Shown here in pieces: positions 43,188 through 44,586 of a DNA stretch of 44,586 bases. Position numbers and translations under genes: made by a program. Origin of the DNA: Gemmatimonadales bacterium (GTDB lineage: Bacteria > Gemmatimonadota > Gemmatimonadetes > Gemmatimonadales > GWC2-71-9). The number at the start of each line of letters is the position of its first letter. Position 1 is the first letter of the stretch. Below the pieces are notes generated by a model. It saw only the letters and a program-made list of their open reading frames with translations. It searched no databases and was not told where the DNA came from. Where the stretch lies: NCBI GenBank assembly GCA_035262265.1, contig DATFTG010000133.1, forward strand, positions 1 to 44,586, read 5' to 3'.

Positions 43188-43270
43188 CGGTAGGAGACGG
43201 TAGAAGACGGTTGGGGTCGGTAGGTGAAAGGCCGCCCGTCTCCTACTGTCCCCTACCGTCTCCTACCGTC
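43188..43270 (+). repeat. 10-nt periodic direct and inverted repeat array forming a long hairpin
   Basis: TAGGAGACGG, TAGAAGACGG, TTGGGGTCGG, TAGGTGAAAG, then the inverted copies GCCGCCCGTC, TCCTACTGTC, CCCTACCGTC, TCCTACCGTC. The outer 16 bp (43188-43203 with 43253-43268) pair perfectly. Confidence 0.7.
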
Positions 43271-44586
43271 ATGCCAGAGAAGACCACCGGGGCCTCCAAA
43301 GCCGACATCCTGACGCTCGCCAAAGAGCGCGACGTCGCGTTTTTGCGGCTGCAGTTCACCGACATTCTCGGCATCAACAAGAACGTCGAAGTCCCCGCCA
43401 GCCAATTCGAGAAGGCGCTCGACGGGGACATCATGTTCGACGGCAGCTCGATCGAAGGGTTCGTGCGCATCGAGGAGTCGGACATGGTGCTGAAGCCCGA
43501 CCTCGACACGTTCCGCGTGCTGCCGTACGATGACGAGGGCGGGAAAGTCGCCCGCGTGATCTGCGACATCTACAATCCCGACGGCTCGGCATTCGCCGGC
43601 TGCACGCGCGCCGCCCTGAAACGTCAGATCGCCCGGGCGCGGAAGCTGGGGTACGAGCTGATGGCGGGAGTGGAAGCGGAGTTCTTCATCTTCCAGCTCG
43701 ATGCCCGGGGACGGGCGACGGTCGAAACGCACGACGAGGGGGGATACTTCGATCTCACCCCGGTGGATCGCGCCGAGGAGATCCGGCGCCTGATCATCCG
43801 GGACCTCGTCTCGATGGGATTCGAGGTCGAGGCGGGGCATCACGAGGTGGCGCCGGGGCAGCACGAGATCGATTTCCGCTACGCCGCCGCACTCGAAACG
43901 GCGGACAACCTGGCGACGTTCCGCTTCGTGGTCCGCGACGTCGCGTTCCGCCATGGTTTTCTCGCCACCTTCATGCCGAAGCCGATCTTCGGGCAGAACG
44001 GCTCCGGGATGCACACGCACCAGTCGCTGTTCGCCAACGGCAAGAACGCGTTCCATGACCCCAAGGGGAAGTGGGAGCTGTCGGCGGTGGCGCTGTCGTA
44101 CATCGCCGGGCTGCTGGAGCACGCCCGCGGGTTCTGCGCCGTCACGAACCCGCTCGTCAACAGCTACAAGCGGCTCGTGCCGGGGTACGAGGCGCCGGTG
44201 AACGTCGCGTGGTCGATGCGCAACCGCTCGCCGCTGGTGCGGATCCCCGACAAGCGGGGCACCGGGACGCGGTGCGAGCTGCGCATGCCCGATCCGTCGG
44301 CGAACCCCTATCTCGCGCTGGCGGTGCAGCTGGCCGCCGGACTCGACGGCCTCGAGCGCAAGCTCGAGCCGACGGACCCCGTCGACAAGAACATTTTCGA
44401 GATGAGTTTCCGCGAGCGGCGGCGATACCGGATCGACGAGCTGCCGCGGGATCTGCACGAGGCGCTCGAGTGTCTCGAGAAATCGCCGGTGATCCGGGGA
44501 GCGCTGGGCGAGCACATCTATGAGCGGTTCGTCGAGGCAAAGGAAGGAGAGTGGAACGAGTATATCGGGCAGGTGAGTGAATGGGA
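43271..44586 (+). CDS. glnA: glutamine synthetase, type I-alpha (Bacillus/archaeal type), truncated by the window end
   Basis: My own translation gives MPEKTTGASKADILTLAKERDVAFLRLQFTDILGINKNVEVPASQFEKALDGDIMFDGSSIEGFVRIEESDM...FMPKPIFGQNGSGMHTHQSLF...SYKRLVPGYEAP. It is open to the last base and is absent from the ORF track because no stop lies in the window. Confidence 0.9.
   Translation, partial: MPEKTTGASKADILTLAKERDVAFLRLQFTDILGINKNVEVPASQFEKALDGDIMFDGSSIEGFVRIEESDMVLKPDLDTFRVLPYDDEGGKVARVICDIYNPDGSAFAGCTRAALKRQIARARKLGYELMAGVEAEFFIFQLDARGRATVETHDEGGYFDLTPVDRAEEIRRLIIRDLVSMGFEVEAGHHEVAPGQHEIDFRYAAALETADNLATFRFVVRDVAFRHGFLATFMPKPIFGQNGSGMHTHQSLFANGKNAFHDPKGKWELSAVALSYIAGLLEHARGFCAVTNPLVNSYKRLVPGYEAPVNVAWSMRNRSPLVRIPDKRGTGTRCELRMPDPSANPYLALAVQLAAGLDGLERKLEPTDPVDKNIFEMSFRERRRYRIDELPRDLHEALECLEKSPVIRGALGEHIYERFVEAKEGEWNEYIGQVSEW

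Noticed and set aside
43253-44515. 420-aa minus-strand ORF in the track covering the right end of the window
   Set aside because: It is the antisense shadow of the GSI-alpha glutamine synthetase gene on the plus strand (43271 to the window end). Its product is Arg/Pro/Gly/Val-rich junk, while the plus frame reproduces canonical GS motifs.
1-44586. Search for CRISPR arrays, IS or transposase genes, integrases, phage genes, tRNA and rRNA genes, and defence-system hallmarks (nucleases, large ATPases, methyltransferases, reverse transcriptases)
   Set aside because: No repeat-spacer arrays were seen, and no terminal inverted repeats flanking ORFs. No recombinase, RT or restriction motifs were recognised. 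No cloverleaf-compatible sequences occur in the intergenic gaps.

Overview
This is a very GC-rich bacterial chromosomal window. Porins, many lipobox lipoproteins and outer-membrane beta-barrels indicate a diderm; the phylum cannot be determined from this sequence alone. I call about 45 protein genes and find no rRNA, tRNA, CRISPR array, IS element or prophage.

Content from left to right:

1. 0.7-9.5 kb: a co-directional envelope cluster. It contains an ECF sigma/anti-sigma pair, a DUF4331 homologue split into two separately exported proteins, a TPR protein, a HupE/UreJ-like permease and a DUF6702-like protein. These are followed by a PQQ alcohol/methanol-type dehydrogenase carrying the D-x-D lanthanide signature, a sulfocyanin-like blue-copper protein and a porin.
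2. 9.5-21.5 kb: lipoproteins, infA, a TPR lipoprotein with a beta-barrel partner, a translationally coupled binding-protein/MCP pair, an alpha/beta hydrolase, a cold-shock gene with a long structured leader, and a small family of two-cysteine secreted proteins.
3. 21.5-22.2 kb: a 640-bp non-coding region, the largest in the window. It holds a cluster of DnaA-box-like 9-mers and a structured RNA ending in an intrinsic terminator just upstream of a NodB deacetylase gene.
4. 22.9-29.7 kb: a minus-strand MerR-like/LemA/M48 peptidase/acyltransferase/OB-HD nuclease/Kup operon.
5. 30.4-40.5 kb: a signalling island. It has two paralogous receiver-HD-GYP proteins, an AraC-type regulator, an orphan MqnD-like protein, a hybrid kinase, a receiver-kinase, a truncated receiver fragment and a receiver fused to a Cys/His C-terminal module.
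6. 41.5-44.6 kb: a sigma-54-type promoter followed by tandem glutamine synthetases of different types (GSI-beta, then GSI-alpha). They are separated by an 83-nt hairpin built from 10-nt repeats.

The second GS gene runs off the right edge and is missing from the supplied ORF track; only its antisense shadow ORF is listed there. All family assignments come from motif recognition by eye and need HMM or BLAST confirmation.
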